A DNA stretch of 64,000 nt from an uncultured Phycisphaerales bacterium (GCA_963755915.1 CAVWLP010000003.1:768001-832000); one strand, 5' to 3'. Shown: positions 51,078 to 62,722, counted from the first letter of the stretch. The notes: a model not told the origin generated them from the letters alone. Program-made: numbers and translations.

Positions 51078-51563
51078 CTACCGATTAATTTCAATCAGCA
51101 GCACCCATGCATTGGCCATCGCCAACAGAAAAGTGAGCAGAATTCCCACCGGCTGCAGATAAAGCCCCACGCCCCCGCGCCACATCATCACCAAACCGCT
51201 CACCGCGAGGATGCCCACCGACGCCTGGTTGCACATCGAAGCCCGCATATTGACCCGTCTGTACTGTGGCGAAATATGACGCAGATACGAGCGCTCCAGG
51301 GCGAACATCCCGATCATCGCCAGCGCAGCCACGAGAAAAATCTCCGCACCCAGCAGCCAAAGCGGCTGCCCCGGGACCAGCCCCAGCGATGCGATCACCA
51401 GCACCAGTAACAACATCATCAGCGCTTCGAGCCCTCGGTCGGCCATCCGCCCCAGTTGCAGAATCCGCGACTGGTTCACCGAAATAGACACAAACAGCAA
51501 TCCCGCCAGCGCCGCCGCCGCCCCCAGCTCCCCAATAAAAAAATTACTCCAATCGCTCAGCAC
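51078..51563 (-). CDS. integral membrane protein
   Basis: W.NFF....GAAAALAGLLFVSISVN...NAWVLLIEINR; about 5 TM segments. Confidence 0.8.
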   Translation of the reverse strand: MLSDWSNFFIGELGAAAALAGLLFVSISVNQSRILQLGRMADRGLEALMMLLLVLVIASLGLVPGQPLWLLGAEIFLVAALAMIGMFALERSYLRHISPQYRRVNMRASMCNQASVGILAVSGLVMMWRGGVGLYLQPVGILLTFLLAMANAWVLLIEINR

Positions 51564-51853
51564 GAATCTCCTTCCCCCTCCTCCCATTCCTCATCATCCT
51601 CAATCCACTGAAATCGCCCGTCCTCGTATTCCGGATCGACGGGGAAAATGTCGAATCCGAATCCTTTCCCATCACATCCCTCGATGGGGCAACACCAAAA
51701 CCCGTGCCGCTTCCCACCGGCATCCGTCTCGATTCTCCATTCAATCCGGTAACTCTCATACTCCTCCCCGCAGTGAACGCACGCCACCAGGATCGATGTG
51801 GCCGGAGGCCCAAAGGGGTCATTCGCCGGATCCGTAAAATCGTATTCGTCCAC
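51557..51853 (-). CDS. small acidic Cys-rich (putative Zn-binding) protein
   Basis: CVHC...WCCPIEGCDGKGFGFDI; overlaps the start of the next gene. Confidence 0.7.
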   Translation of the reverse strand: MDEYDFTDPANDPFGPPATSILVACVHCGEEYESYRIEWRIETDAGGKRHGFWCCPIEGCDGKGFGFDIFPVDPEYEDGRFQWIEDDEEWEEGEGDSC

Positions 51854-52156
51854 GGATTCTCCCTGTGATCCCAATTGTACCTTCAATGCTCGCAAAAATT
51901 GAAGGTGACAAAGCTCTAAAAGACACTAGACGCTACATACGCAGCCGATCAGCACAAGTCCAAAAAGGCAGCCATTTCGACCCCGAGAGCAATATCCCGT
52001 CAAACTGAACACTTTTTCCCGACTCCCGCGCCACCGTCCCAATAAAATCGCCCCAACGACTTTCTCCACCAACAATTATGTCACTCCAATAAAGCTAGCA
52101 TCCACAAACCAAATTCTCAAAAGTGTTCAGTTTTGTTCAGTTCTGTTCAGTCCCCC

Positions 52157-53809
52157 CTAAGCCTTACTTTTCCTCAGCCGCGCCAACTCCCCGCTCATCG
52201 TCGTAAGCTGCGGGCTCATATCATCCCGCGGCACGCGCACATCGATCACCGACAATTCATTGCTCCCCAATGCCTTGCGAATTGCCCCATCCAGCTCCCC
52301 CTTGGTCCGCGCCACCGACGCGCTCCCCCCGCCGATCAGATCGCATATCCTCCCATAATCCCAACGGGAGATGACGTTGAACCTTCCATCCCGGATTTTC
52401 CGCATCGTGCCATACCCGTCGTTGTTCAGCACCAGCACGATCGGCCGCAGCCCCAGCCGCGCCGCGGTGGAGAGCTCGTTGCCCGTCATCTGAAACGCCC
52501 CATCCCCCACCAGCACAAACGGGCGCAGCTTCGGATTGGCCATGCTCACACCGATCGACGCCGGCACCGCGAACCCCATCGACAGGTAATACGCCGGCGC
52601 GATGAATTCCGCCCGCCGGCTCGTGCGAATCCCGATCGCCCCGAACAGCCCGTCCCCCACATCCGAAACCACGCAGCAGTTCTCATCCAGTTGCAGCGAA
52701 ACGATCCGGATGATCTGCCGCATGTCCAGCGGGTCCGTCAGCTCCGATTTCGCCAGCGGCTTCGGCTCCGCGTGCGGACTGGGATGCACAAACTTCTTCC
52801 GCTTGATCCGCGCCCCGGAAAGCGATCGCAGATAATCCTCGAACCGCACGTCTTCATAGCGATGGAAGCGCACGTCGATCTTCTCCGTCGTGGCCAGAAT
52901 CGTGTGGCTGCGGTCAAGCTTCGCCGTGTAGATCCCCATGCTCATGTCCGTGATAAACGTCCCCAGCATCAGCACGCAGTCGGAGGATTCGACGTATTGC
53001 CGCACGGCCGGGTCGCTGCTCATCGCCCCGCCATAAACCCCCAGATAAAGCGGATGATTCTCCGCCACGGCGCTTTTGCTCAGCAGGTCGCTGGCGATGG
53101 GAATGTTCGCCCTCTTCGCCAGCTTCAGCGCCAGGTCGGTCACGCCAAACCGGTGCAGCTCCACGCCCGCAAGTATGACCGGCTTCCTCGCCTCCGCGAT
53201 CATCTCCAGCGTTTCGTCCAGCGCCGCCCGCAGCGATCGCGGCTCAGATTTCGGCGGCTGCGGTGCGCTGATTTCCGGAATTTCGATCACGCGATCGACC
53301 ATGTCATGGGGAACTTCGATATAAACCGGCCGTTTGTGCCGCAGGCACGCCTGCACGCACCGGACGATCTCCTCCGCGGCTCGGTCCTCATCCAGCAGCA
53401 CCGTACTCGCGACGGTCACCTCGTCATACACCCGGCGCTGGGTGTCGAACGTCTTCACCTTATGGTGCAGCAGCGGATCCTTCTCCCGATCCTTTCTTCC
53501 CGGCGCCCCGCTGATGACGACGACCGGCGATTTCTCCGCATAAGCCCCGGCGATGGCGTTCAAGACGTTGAGTCCGCCGACACAGTAGGTCACGCACACC
53601 AGTCCGATCCCGTTGATCCGGCTGTAAGCGTCCGCCGCAAACCCGGCCCCCGGCTCGTGGCACATGGTGATCGACTCAATAGGCGATTTATCCAGCCAGG
53701 CGAAGGTCGGAAGCGCGAAATCGCCCGGCACCCCAAAGGAGTGGCGAACGCCGCATTTGTGCAGATAATCGAATAGAAACTTGCCAAGGGGAGCGTTGCG
53801 AGTCGGCAT
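52157..53809 (-). CDS. TPP-dependent alpha-keto acid decarboxylase (indolepyruvate/phenylpyruvate decarboxylase family)
   Basis: FGVPGDF, LLHH, GDGAFQMTG...LNN. Confidence 0.92.
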   Translation of the reverse strand: MPTRNAPLGKFLFDYLHKCGVRHSFGVPGDFALPTFAWLDKSPIESITMCHEPGAGFAADAYSRINGIGLVCVTYCVGGLNVLNAIAGAYAEKSPVVVISGAPGRKDREKDPLLHHKVKTFDTQRRVYDEVTVASTVLLDEDRAAEEIVRCVQACLRHKRPVYIEVPHDMVDRVIEIPEISAPQPPKSEPRSLRAALDETLEMIAEARKPVILAGVELHRFGVTDLALKLAKRANIPIASDLLSKSAVAENHPLYLGVYGGAMSSDPAVRQYVESSDCVLMLGTFITDMSMGIYTAKLDRSHTILATTEKIDVRFHRYEDVRFEDYLRSLSGARIKRKKFVHPSPHAEPKPLAKSELTDPLDMRQIIRIVSLQLDENCCVVSDVGDGLFGAIGIRTSRRAEFIAPAYYLSMGFAVPASIGVSMANPKLRPFVLVGDGAFQMTGNELSTAARLGLRPIVLVLNNDGYGTMRKIRDGRFNVISRWDYGRICDLIGGGSASVARTKGELDGAIRKALGSNELSVIDVRVPRDDMSPQLTTMSGELARLRKSKA

Positions 53810-54015
53810 TATTGGAACTCCTTGCCCACAGTATCGTAGAAATAGAACGTACCGGACAAGTGCCCCCAACGCCCGCCATGCCCGAAAACACGCATAGAAC
53901 GCAAATTTCTTGACCTGAAGGCAAGCGGGTCGTTAAATTACGGGCCAGTCCATGCGACGGCGGAAAACCCTGCCTTTCCCCTGACCGTTAGACTGTTTTC
54001 TGTGGAGGTTTTTGT

Positions 54016-55459
54016 ATGCCTGCCGTTGGCTCCCAAGGCTCGCGCGGCGGTCTTCTGACCGCAGTCGTCGTCTTCACAATTCTGTTCGTCACCGCGACAG
54101 TCGTCGCGATCTATTTCGGCGTCGACGACAGCAAGAAGACCGACGAACTCCAGACACAGGCCGAACGCACCAAGACCATCTACGGGCCGCAGGATCTGAG
54201 CAATCTCCGCTACCAGGAGATCGCCTCGCACCTGACACCGGGCCAGACGATTCTGTCGGTTGCGCTACAGGACTGCGCAGCTCCTGGCGCAATCGATCAA
54301 CGGACGATCGGCCGTGAATGCCAAGACTCCCGGCGCCGCCGCCGATCAGGCGCGCTTAGCACTGGCAGACGCGGCGCAGAAGCTGCCGAACCTCAATCTC
54401 ACCCCGACGATGAACCTGGTTTCGGTGATCAACAAGCTGGTGGCTTACGCCTCCGACCAGCAATACCAGATCACCCTCCTTCAGCGTGCCCAGGACGTGG
54501 CGGCGGGAGACGCGGCCAAGCAGATCGCCCTGATGCAAACGGAAGTGCAAAAGGCCCAGGACGATGAAGCCGCCGATGACAAGGTAAAGAACGACGCGCT
54601 GGACCGGGCCCAAAAAGCGGAAAACGATTCGCAGACGCGCATCCGGCAAATGTCGCAGTCGATGGACGGCGAACGCCGCCAGATGAACGAAAAACTGCTC
54701 GAAGAACAGCAGACGACCGCGGCAAAGGTCAAGGAACTCGATACCGCGACCAAGCTGGCGCAGGCGCTGACCGACAAGCTCGGCAACCACCGCGTTTCCC
54801 CCATCGACCCCATCCTGCGGCAGCCGGATGGGCAGATCATGTCCGTGGCTTCCGAAGACACGGTTTACATCAATCTGGGCCTCGGCGACCACCTGGTTCC
54901 GGGGATGACCTTTGAGGTCTACAGCCGGCGCGATGGAATCCCCAAGCAGACGGACCTGATGAGCGCTGACGATATGCCGTCGGGGCTGGCCTCTATTGAG
55001 GTGGAAGAGGTCCTGGCGTCGGTGAGCCGGTGCCGGGTGATCCACATGGAAGTCGGCCAGCACATCACTGAAGGCGATCTGATCGCCAACCTGGTTTACG
55101 ACCGGAACACCAAATACAACCTCGTGGTTTACGGCGATTTCGACCTTGGTCAGACCGGCAAGCCAAAGGATTCAGACGGCGACAAGATCAAAGCTCTGGT
55201 CACCGAATGGGGCGGTCGCGTTCAGAAGAACATCGACGTTGATACCGACTTTGTGGTAATGGGCGCGGAGCCGACGATCGACCAGTTCACCCCCGAAGAC
55301 CTGGAAGACCCGCTTAACCGCCAGAAGCAGGAAGATGAAAAGGCGGCGTATGATGCATACCAGGCCCAGCTTGATAAAGCCGAGAAGCTTGGAATTCCCA
55401 TCATGAACCAGAACCGATTCCTTTATTTCTGCGGATACTACGATAACGCGCAGCGATAA
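54016..55459 (+). CDS. membrane-anchored coiled-coil protein with C-terminal BRCT-like domain (frameshift ~54270)
   Basis: N-terminal TM, coiled coil, VYINLG..D, WGGRV....TDFVVMG...AEKLGIPIM. Confidence 0.75.
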
Positions 55460-55481
55460 GGGTTTACGTTAATATCGGACC

Positions 55482-55513
55482 AAAGCCCACGGAGATTTCC
55501 GTGGGCTTTTTTT
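55482..55513 (+). terminator. intrinsic terminator
   Basis: AAAGCCCACGGA-gatt-TCCGTGGGCTTT followed by a T tract. Confidence 0.9.
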
Positions 55514-55615
55514 GCGCGCTGCGGAAATTGCGTGGTAGGTCCAACATTGCCCGAATGATAGGCAGAAGGGAAGTTCTCACGTATCGTCTGTGAAAAGACG
55601 ATGTTGCGACTGGAG

Positions 55616-55643
55616 TTGACGCAGGTCTCGGTGCCGATAGTAT
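55616..55643 (+). promoter_or_regulatory. sigma70-type promoter of the polysaccharide cluster
   Basis: TTGACG-16 nt-TAGTAT. Confidence 0.5.
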
Positions 55644-55708
55644 GCGCCGGGGCGGCCAGAAGGCCGATATTACTGGACCTTAACGGAATTTAAGGGAAGC
55701 ACGGATCG

Positions 55709-56626
55709 ATGAGTTTGACAGCCCCGCCCATGCCTCAGGAACCACCGACCCCGATGACACCGGACCCACTTCCGCCTGAGGCGGAGATTCCGGAATTCGA
55801 GATTCGTCCGCGGAGCGGATGGGTCGCCATCGATTTCAAGGAGCTCATCCACTACCGGGAGCTGCTCTACTTCCTCACCTGGCGGGATGTGAAGGTTCGG
55901 TACAAGCAGACCGTGCTGGGGTTCGCCTGGGCGATCCTTCAGCCGCTGATGATGGTGGTGATCCAGACGGTGATTTTCGGAAAAGTGGCGGGATTCGCCG
56001 ACAAGATTCCGCAGGAGCTTCGTGACCGGCATATCCCGTACTCGCTGTTCAATTATGCAGGCGTGCTGGCCTGGACGCTGTTCGCGACCGGCGTCAGCGG
56101 CGGCGGAACGTCGCTCATGAACCAGCAGAACCTGCTCACCAAAATTTATTTCCCCCGCTTGTTCGTCCCCACCTCGGTGGTGGCGGCGGCGATGGTGGAT
56201 ACCGTGATTTCACTGGGAATGTTTTTCGTGCTGATGGCGTGCTACCGCGTCGTGCCGCCGTCAACCATCATTCTGATCCCCTTCCTGCTGCTGCTGACGG
56301 CGCTGGCATCGGTGGGGTTCGCCTTCACGCTGGCGTCGTTGACGGTGACGTATCGCGACTTCCGGTTTCTCCTGCCGTTTATGGTGCAGGCCTGGCAGTT
56401 TGTCAGCCCGGTGGGCTATCCGCTGGACCCCAGGCGCCAGTGGATCCGCTGGTTGCTGCGGCTGAATCCCATGTACGGGATCATCAACGCCTATCGCTCG
56501 GCGCTGCTCCGGCAGCACTGGGATTTCCCGGGCCTGTTTATGTCGATCGGTGAAGTGGCGGTGATCCTGGTATTCGGGGTCTACTACTTCAAGAAGACCG
56601 AGCGGCGTTTTGCGGATATCGCATAG
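55709..56626 (+). CDS. wzm: polysaccharide ABC exporter permease
   Basis: RDVKVRYKQTVLG..WAILQP, KIYFPR, SPVGYP, ERRFAD. Confidence 0.94.
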   Translation: MSLTAPPMPQEPPTPMTPDPLPPEAEIPEFEIRPRSGWVAIDFKELIHYRELLYFLTWRDVKVRYKQTVLGFAWAILQPLMMVVIQTVIFGKVAGFADKIPQELRDRHIPYSLFNYAGVLAWTLFATGVSGGGTSLMNQQNLLTKIYFPRLFVPTSVVAAAMVDTVISLGMFFVLMACYRVVPPSTIILIPFLLLLTALASVGFAFTLASLTVTYRDFRFLLPFMVQAWQFVSPVGYPLDPRRQWIRWLLRLNPMYGIINAYRSALLRQHWDFPGLFMSIGEVAVILVFGVYYFKKTERRFADIA

Positions 56627-56634
56627 GGTGGGAC

Positions 56635-57879
56635 ATGAGCAGCGCTGCAATCTCCATCAATGGCATCAGCAAGAGTTACCAGATCGGCCTGAAGGCCGAG
56701 AAGTATCTCACCCTGCGCGACACGATCATGTCGGTGATTAAAAGCCCGTTCGAGCGTCTCGCCGGCCTGCGCGGCGATGGCCCGGAGGAGGGAAAGTTCT
56801 GGGCGCTGAAGGACGTCAGCTTTGACGTGAAGCGCGGGGAAGTGATCGGGATCATCGGCCGCAACGGGGCGGGGAAATCGACGCTTCTGAAAATCCTCAG
56901 CCGGATTACCGAGCCGACCGACGGCAGCGCGAAGCTGAAAGGCCGCGTGGCATCGCTTCTGGAAGTGGGGACGGGATTTCATCCGGAACTGACGGGGCGG
57001 GAAAATATTTATCTCAACGGCGCGATCCTGGGGATGCGCAAGGCGGAGATCGACCGAAAATTCGATGAGATCGTGGCATTCGCGGAGACGGAAAAATTCC
57101 TCGACACGCCGGTAAAGCGGTATTCGAGCGGGATGTACGTCCGCCTGGCGTTCGCGGTGGCGGCGCACCTGGAGCCGGAGATTCTGATTGTGGATGAAGT
57201 GCTGGCGGTGGGAGACCAGGAATTTCAGAAGAAATGCCTGGGCCGGATTCAGCAGGTGGCGCAGGGCGACGGACGGACGGTGCTGTTTGTCAGCCACAAC
57301 ATGGGGGCGGTGCGAAACTTGTGCGATCGCGCGGTTTATCTGCGCAACGGGCTGGTGGAAACGATCGGGGATGCGGATCCTGTTGTGGAGGAATATCTCA
57401 ACAGCACGATCAGCACCGAGGAATCGGATCTGCTCAAGCGCCCGCGGTTTCCGGGATTTCTTCACACGCTGGCGAGGTTTGTGATGATCCCCCCGCCGGG
57501 GAAGGCGCGGGTGGTTTCCGGCGGCGAGGCGACGTTTGAATTCGAGCTGGATGTGAAGGAGAAGGTGCAGAACGCCTGCCTGGGATTCATGTTTAATTCA
57601 GACAAGGGGTACCGGGTTCTGGGGTACAACAGCCGGCTGGAACTGCGCGGCGTGACGCTGGAGCCTGGCCGGCAGGTGGTGCGGTGCAAAGTGGATTCGC
57701 TGCCGCTGAAACCGGGACGATATGTCATGGACATCGAGATTCGCAGCAACGCGCGGCCCTATGATTACGTCGAGCACGCGACCGTCGTCGATGTCGAGTT
57801 CGAAGATTTTTACGGCACCGGCGAAATGCTCTGGAGCTATGAAGGCAGCGTCCTGCACCGGTCGCAATGGGAGTTTTAA
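56635..57879 (+). CDS. wzt: polysaccharide ABC exporter ATPase with Wzt C-terminal domain
   Basis: GRNGAGKST, YSSGMYVRLAF, DEVLAVGD. Confidence 0.95.
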   Translation: MSSAAISINGISKSYQIGLKAEKYLTLRDTIMSVIKSPFERLAGLRGDGPEEGKFWALKDVSFDVKRGEVIGIIGRNGAGKSTLLKILSRITEPTDGSAKLKGRVASLLEVGTGFHPELTGRENIYLNGAILGMRKAEIDRKFDEIVAFAETEKFLDTPVKRYSSGMYVRLAFAVAAHLEPEILIVDEVLAVGDQEFQKKCLGRIQQVAQGDGRTVLFVSHNMGAVRNLCDRAVYLRNGLVETIGDADPVVEEYLNSTISTEESDLLKRPRFPGFLHTLARFVMIPPPGKARVVSGGEATFEFELDVKEKVQNACLGFMFNSDKGYRVLGYNSRLELRGVTLEPGRQVVRCKVDSLPLKPGRYVMDIEIRSNARPYDYVEHATVVDVEFEDFYGTGEMLWSYEGSVLHRSQWEF

Positions 57880-57892
57880 AAACGGAGTTCCC

Positions 57893-58843
57893 ATGACAGT
57901 CGTACAGGAACAACCGAAAACCGCAAAACCTTTGCTGACGAAGGAAGAGGTGCTGAAGCAGATTTCGATGACGGCGGCGAATATCGGGAATTCGGCCGCG
58001 TTTGAGCCAGTGTTTGACGACTGGATCAAATTCCTGGGCGGAAGGCCGGGGGAAATCGCCATCATCGACGGCGGCAGCCAAGGACCGATGCACGATATTT
58101 ACTGGCGGATGTTCAAAGAGGGGAAGATCGACAAGCTCCAGGTGATCCGGCCGGAACATATCGAAAACGACCGCGAGAAATGCTACTACCAGGAGCACAT
58201 GGCCGGGGCGTTTGTGGCCAATCCGTACATCCTGTTTTTCAAATCGGACACGCTCCCCTACCGCGAAGGGCACGACGACTGGCTCGTGGAGGCGATGGGA
58301 TATCTGGATCGCGAAGACACGTTTGCCGTCGGCGGGAGCTTCAATATTCCCAGCAAGCATCACGAGGCCTGGCCGGGGTGGTACTTCAGCAATAAGTGCA
58401 GCTTGAATTTCGCGCTGATGAAACGGATCACCTACATAAAGACAATGGAGGAATTCGCGGGGGAATATATTTCCAGCGGCTTCCGCGGCCGCAGCCCGAT
58501 GGGGCCTAATGGCGGGCGGTATGTGATGGAGACGGCGTTTGAGCGCTACATGGCGAATCACAAGCTCTTCACGCTCGCGAAGGTAGAGGACCCGACCTGG
58601 ACGGTGTTCCACACCAACGTGCAGGGGAAAAAGCTGGTGGAAGTGCGCGAAAATTATCTGGCGCGCGTCGATGTAGACCGGTACATGAACGCGGCGATCA
58701 ACAACCGCGTTTTGGGCGGGTGTTTTTATGGCCAGCCGCGGCAGCGCTGGGTGAACTTCAAGTGGAAGTTGAGCGAAGCAGTGGTTCAGCCGGTGAAGAA
58801 TTGGGTCAGCGCACTGGCGGGTAAAAAAGCGGCGGCGAACTGA
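57893..58843 (+). CDS. hypothetical GT-A-like protein in the polysaccharide cluster
   Basis: EIAIIDGGS, YILFFKSD; operon context. Confidence 0.6.
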   Translation: MTVVQEQPKTAKPLLTKEEVLKQISMTAANIGNSAAFEPVFDDWIKFLGGRPGEIAIIDGGSQGPMHDIYWRMFKEGKIDKLQVIRPEHIENDREKCYYQEHMAGAFVANPYILFFKSDTLPYREGHDDWLVEAMGYLDREDTFAVGGSFNIPSKHHEAWPGWYFSNKCSLNFALMKRITYIKTMEEFAGEYISSGFRGRSPMGPNGGRYVMETAFERYMANHKLFTLAKVEDPTWTVFHTNVQGKKLVEVRENYLARVDVDRYMNAAINNRVLGGCFYGQPRQRWVNFKWKLSEAVVQPVKNWVSALAGKKAAAN

Positions 58844-58853
58844 ATCTATTGCG

Positions 58854-59959
58854 ATGAAAATCAATTTCATCCTGACCAACGCGAGCATGTCGGGAGGAAC
58901 GCGCGTGATCGTGGCGCAGGCCCGCGAGTTGATGGCGCGGGGGCACGAGGTGCAGGCGTTTTCAACCCCGCCACCGCCGCCGGGGTTTCGCAAGACGGTC
59001 AGGACGCTCATCAAGCATCGGCGATTTCCCAGGACGTACAAGCTTGGCGCCTCGTTCTTCGACGGGAGCGGGGTTCCGCATACGGTGATTCCCAAATTCC
59101 GGCCGATTTCCAACAATGATCTGCCGGATGCGGACGCGGTGGTGGCGACCTGGTGGCAGACGGCGCCGTGGGTTTCGCGGCTCGCGCCATCAAAAGGGGC
59201 CAAGGCGTTTTTCATTCAGCATTACGAAATCTGGAGCGGGTATCCGAAACAAGTCGATGCGGCGTGGCGATTGCCGCTGCATAAGATCGTGATTTCGCGG
59301 TGGCTGAAGGACCTGGCGCGGGACAAATTCGCCGATCCGGATGTGTCGCTGGTGCCAAACAGTGTGGATATGACGCTCTTCAAGGCGCTGCCGCGGCGAA
59401 GCGCGAGAAGCCGACGGTCGGGCTGCTCTACAATTCGACCTGGTTCAAGGGATGCGAGATCGCGCTGAAGGCGCTGGAAATTGCCCGCCAGGCGATTCCC
59501 GATCTGGAGCTGGTTGTGTTCGGTCAGGAGCCAATCCGGCGGTGGATGCCGCTGCCGGCGGGCGTGCAATATTTGATCAATCCACCGCAGGAATCGATCC
59601 GGGATATTTACGGGAAATGCGACGTCTGGCTGTGCGGAAGCCGCTCGGAAGGCTTTCACCTGCCACCGCTGGAGGCGATGGCGTGCCGCTGCCCGGTAGT
59701 TTCGGCGCGGGTGGGCGGGCCGATGGATATTATTGAGGAGGGGAAAAACGGGTTTCTGGTGGATGTGGAGGACCCCGAAGCGCTGGCCGATCGGCTGGTG
59801 AGAGTGCTGAAATTATCGGACCAGCAGTGGCGGGAGATGTCGGATGCCGCATATGCTACGGCCTGCCGATATAGTTGGCAGGACGCGGCTGCGCTGATGG
59901 AATCGGCGCTTCAGAAAGCGGTAGAGCGGTCCCGGATGGCGCACGCCATCGGGGCCTGA
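58854..59959 (+). CDS. GT4 glycosyltransferase (frameshift ~59400)
   Basis: SGGTRV, ATWWQTA, EGFHLPPLEAMAC. Confidence 0.92.
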
Positions 59960-60022
59960 TCGCAATTTTTTGACGCCGCGCGGCCGGAAAAGGTCGTTGA
60001 GAAAGTCGTTGGGAAAGCGCGA

Positions 60023-61434
60023 ATGTTCGGAATCCAAGGCAATATCTTCGCCTCAATCGCGCTGTTTGGGTACATCCCCTTCATCTTTGTCCTCTTTTCG
60101 CTTGTGCCCCCCCGCAAGGCGGTCATCTACAGCTTTCTGATCGCCTGGCTCTTTCTGCCCATGTCGCACCTGGCGCTGCATGGGTTTACCGATTTCAACA
60201 AAATGTCGGCGGCGTGCGTGGGAACGCTTCTGGCGGCGTTTATCTTCGATGTGGACACGCTGCTGAAGTTCCGGCCGAAGATCTGGGATTTCCCAATGTT
60301 CGTCTGGTGCGTGTGCCCGTATCTCTCTTCGTACTTCAACGGGCACACGATGTATGACGGGATGTCGGCGCTGGTCTATCAGACGATGGACTGGGGCGTG
60401 CCTTATTTCATCGGCCGCGTGTATTTCAACGATCTCCAGGGATTGCGCGAGCTGGCCATCGGGATTGTGGTCGGCGGCGTGGTCTATCTTCCCTTCGTCT
60501 GGTTTGAGCTGCGCATGAGCCCGCAGCTTCACCGGATCGTTTACGGGTACATGCAGTATGAATTCGCCCAGGCCACGCGCTACGGCGGGTATCGGCCGAT
60601 GGTCTTCATGCAGCACGGGCTGGCGGTCGCGATGTGGATGACCGTTTCGTCGATGACGGCCTTCTGGCTATGGCGATGCAAGGTAATCACCAAGCTGTTC
60701 GGGATTCCAATGGGTTGGGTTTGCCTGGTGATGATCGTGACCGCGGCGTGGGACCATTCGGTCGGCGCGATCGCGCTGATGGCCGGGGGGCTGGCGGTTC
60801 TTTGGTTGTCGGGCGTCACGCGCTCGAGCATCTGGATCATCGCGCTGACGCTGGTGCCACCAACCTGGATGATTCTTCGCGGTACCGACACCTGGACCGG
60901 GCACGACCTGGACCAGTGGCTCGCGCAATATGATCCTCGGGCGGCGCAGTCGCTGGGGGTGCGATTGAGAAGCGAACACGTCCTGGTCGACCGGGCGATG
61001 GAGCATCCGGTGTATGGCTGGACCGGATGGCACCTTTACGAGGGGCGCGAAGAGGAAATGCTCCGCGGCGTGCCGGACCAGTTGTGGGTGATTTCCTTCG
61101 GAAAATACGGACTGATCGGGCTGATATCGCTGACGACGACGCTCCTGCTGCCGGTGCTTCTGCTGGCGTGGAGAATTCCGGTGAAATACTGGCGTCATCC
61201 CGGCGCGGCGCCAGCGGCGGCGCTGGCCATGCTGCTGACACTGCACATGTGCGACAACCTTTTCAACGCGATGGTGAATCCGATATTCATCCTCTGCTGT
61301 GGTGGCATAACGGGGCTGGCCTTTACGCTGCACAACCAGCAGCCGGCGCCGGTAAGACCGATGGTGATGCAGCCCGCGCCGCGGCGCTGCCGATGCCGGC
61401 CGGGCGGGCGGGCGCGTCGGGCCTGCCGGCGTAG
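60023..61434 (+). CDS. O-antigen ligase/polymerase-like membrane protein (frameshift near 3' end)
   Basis: Multi-TM; RYGGYRPMVFMQHGL, HPVYGW. Confidence 0.8.
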
Positions 61435-61452
61435 ACGCCACGGAATTCACCC

Positions 61453-62722
61453 GTGTATCTCGTTCCTATTCAAGTTCCGATTTACCTGGACGGCGACCGC
61501 AAACTGGTCACCACCGAGTGGCATCGCTCGCTTTTGCTGCTGCGCGATAGTTTTGGCGGGCGGTTTGGGGACATTGCCGTGGCCGCGCCGAGCCTGCCGG
61601 CGGGGAGCGTGGCGGCGGAACAGGCGCTGGTGGCGGTTCCGGAAAACGCCGACGGCCTGAAACTTTTCCCCAGCTTCGACAAGCGCTGCCGGGCCCGGGG
61701 ATTCTGGATGCGGGAGCGCACCAAGTGGCAGGCCGATCTGGCATCGCTGATGGACCGCGCCAATGTGGTTCACGCGGGGGTGGACGACGTTTACCGGCCG
61801 ATCGCGTTTGAGGGGTTCCGGATGGGGCTGCGGCATGGGAAGCCGACGGTATTCGTGCAGGACACGGACAACGTGGTGCAGCAGCGGGAATTGGTTGCGG
61901 ATAGCGGCCCGGCGCTGCGGGCGAAAGTCGGGGCCTACAATTGGTTTTACGAGCGGATGTGCCGCTGGGGCGTGGCGCGGGCGGACCTTTCGCTGCTGAA
62001 AGGCTCGGCTGTGATGCGGCGTTATGGACCCTACGCCAAAAACGCTAAGGAGTTTCACGATACGTCCTATTCGATTCAGGATGTGGTCAGCGAGGAAGAG
62101 CTGGAGCGCCGACTCGCCAGCCTTTCAGAGCATCGGCCTCTGCGGCTGGTTTACTGCGGAAGACTCACGGCGCAAAGGCGTGGATCGGAGTCTTAAGATT
62201 GTCGCCACGACCTTCAGGCAGGGAGCGGCGATTGAGTTTGACATCATCGGAGACGGCGCGGAACGTATTAAGCTGGAAACAATCGTCAAATCTGAAGGCC
62301 TGGAAAAGAGTGTGCGATTTATCGGATCGCTGCCATATGGCCCGATGCTCATGAAGCGGCTCTCTCAATATGATGGCTTGTTTTTTACGCCCACTGCCGA
62401 GGATACGCCTCGTATGATCTTCGATGGATATGCGGCTGGTTTGCCGCTGGTGGCGTTCGATATCGGCTATGTGAGGGAGCGGCTTGAGCAGGAGCATGCG
62501 GCTTTTCTGCTGCCGCGCGACCAGATCGAGCAATCGGCGGTTTGTTTATCAGGCCTGTGCCGGAATCGCGAGCAAATGGCCGGTTTGTCGCGCTCGGCGC
62601 GGGTGGCGGCGCAATATCATGCAGCCGAAAATTGGTATCGCAGGCGTGCCGAATGGACGATTGAAGCAGTGGAACAGCACGGCCGTGCGAAACGCGGGGC
62701 CAGTGTAGGAAAAGCCGCATGA
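61453..62722 (+). CDS. GT4-like glycosyltransferase (frameshift ~62170)
   Basis: LVYCGRL..RKGVD, IIGDG, EDTPRMIFDGYAAGLP. Confidence 0.82.

Noticed and set aside
7614-62722. Frameshifts in gdhA, rpsI, prmC, korAB, polA, rho, the ABC genes and glycosyltransferases as pseudogenes or programmed frameshifts
   Set aside because: They affect essential genes, are mostly single indels with no other decay and lack a shared slippery motif; long-read consensus error is the simplest explanation.
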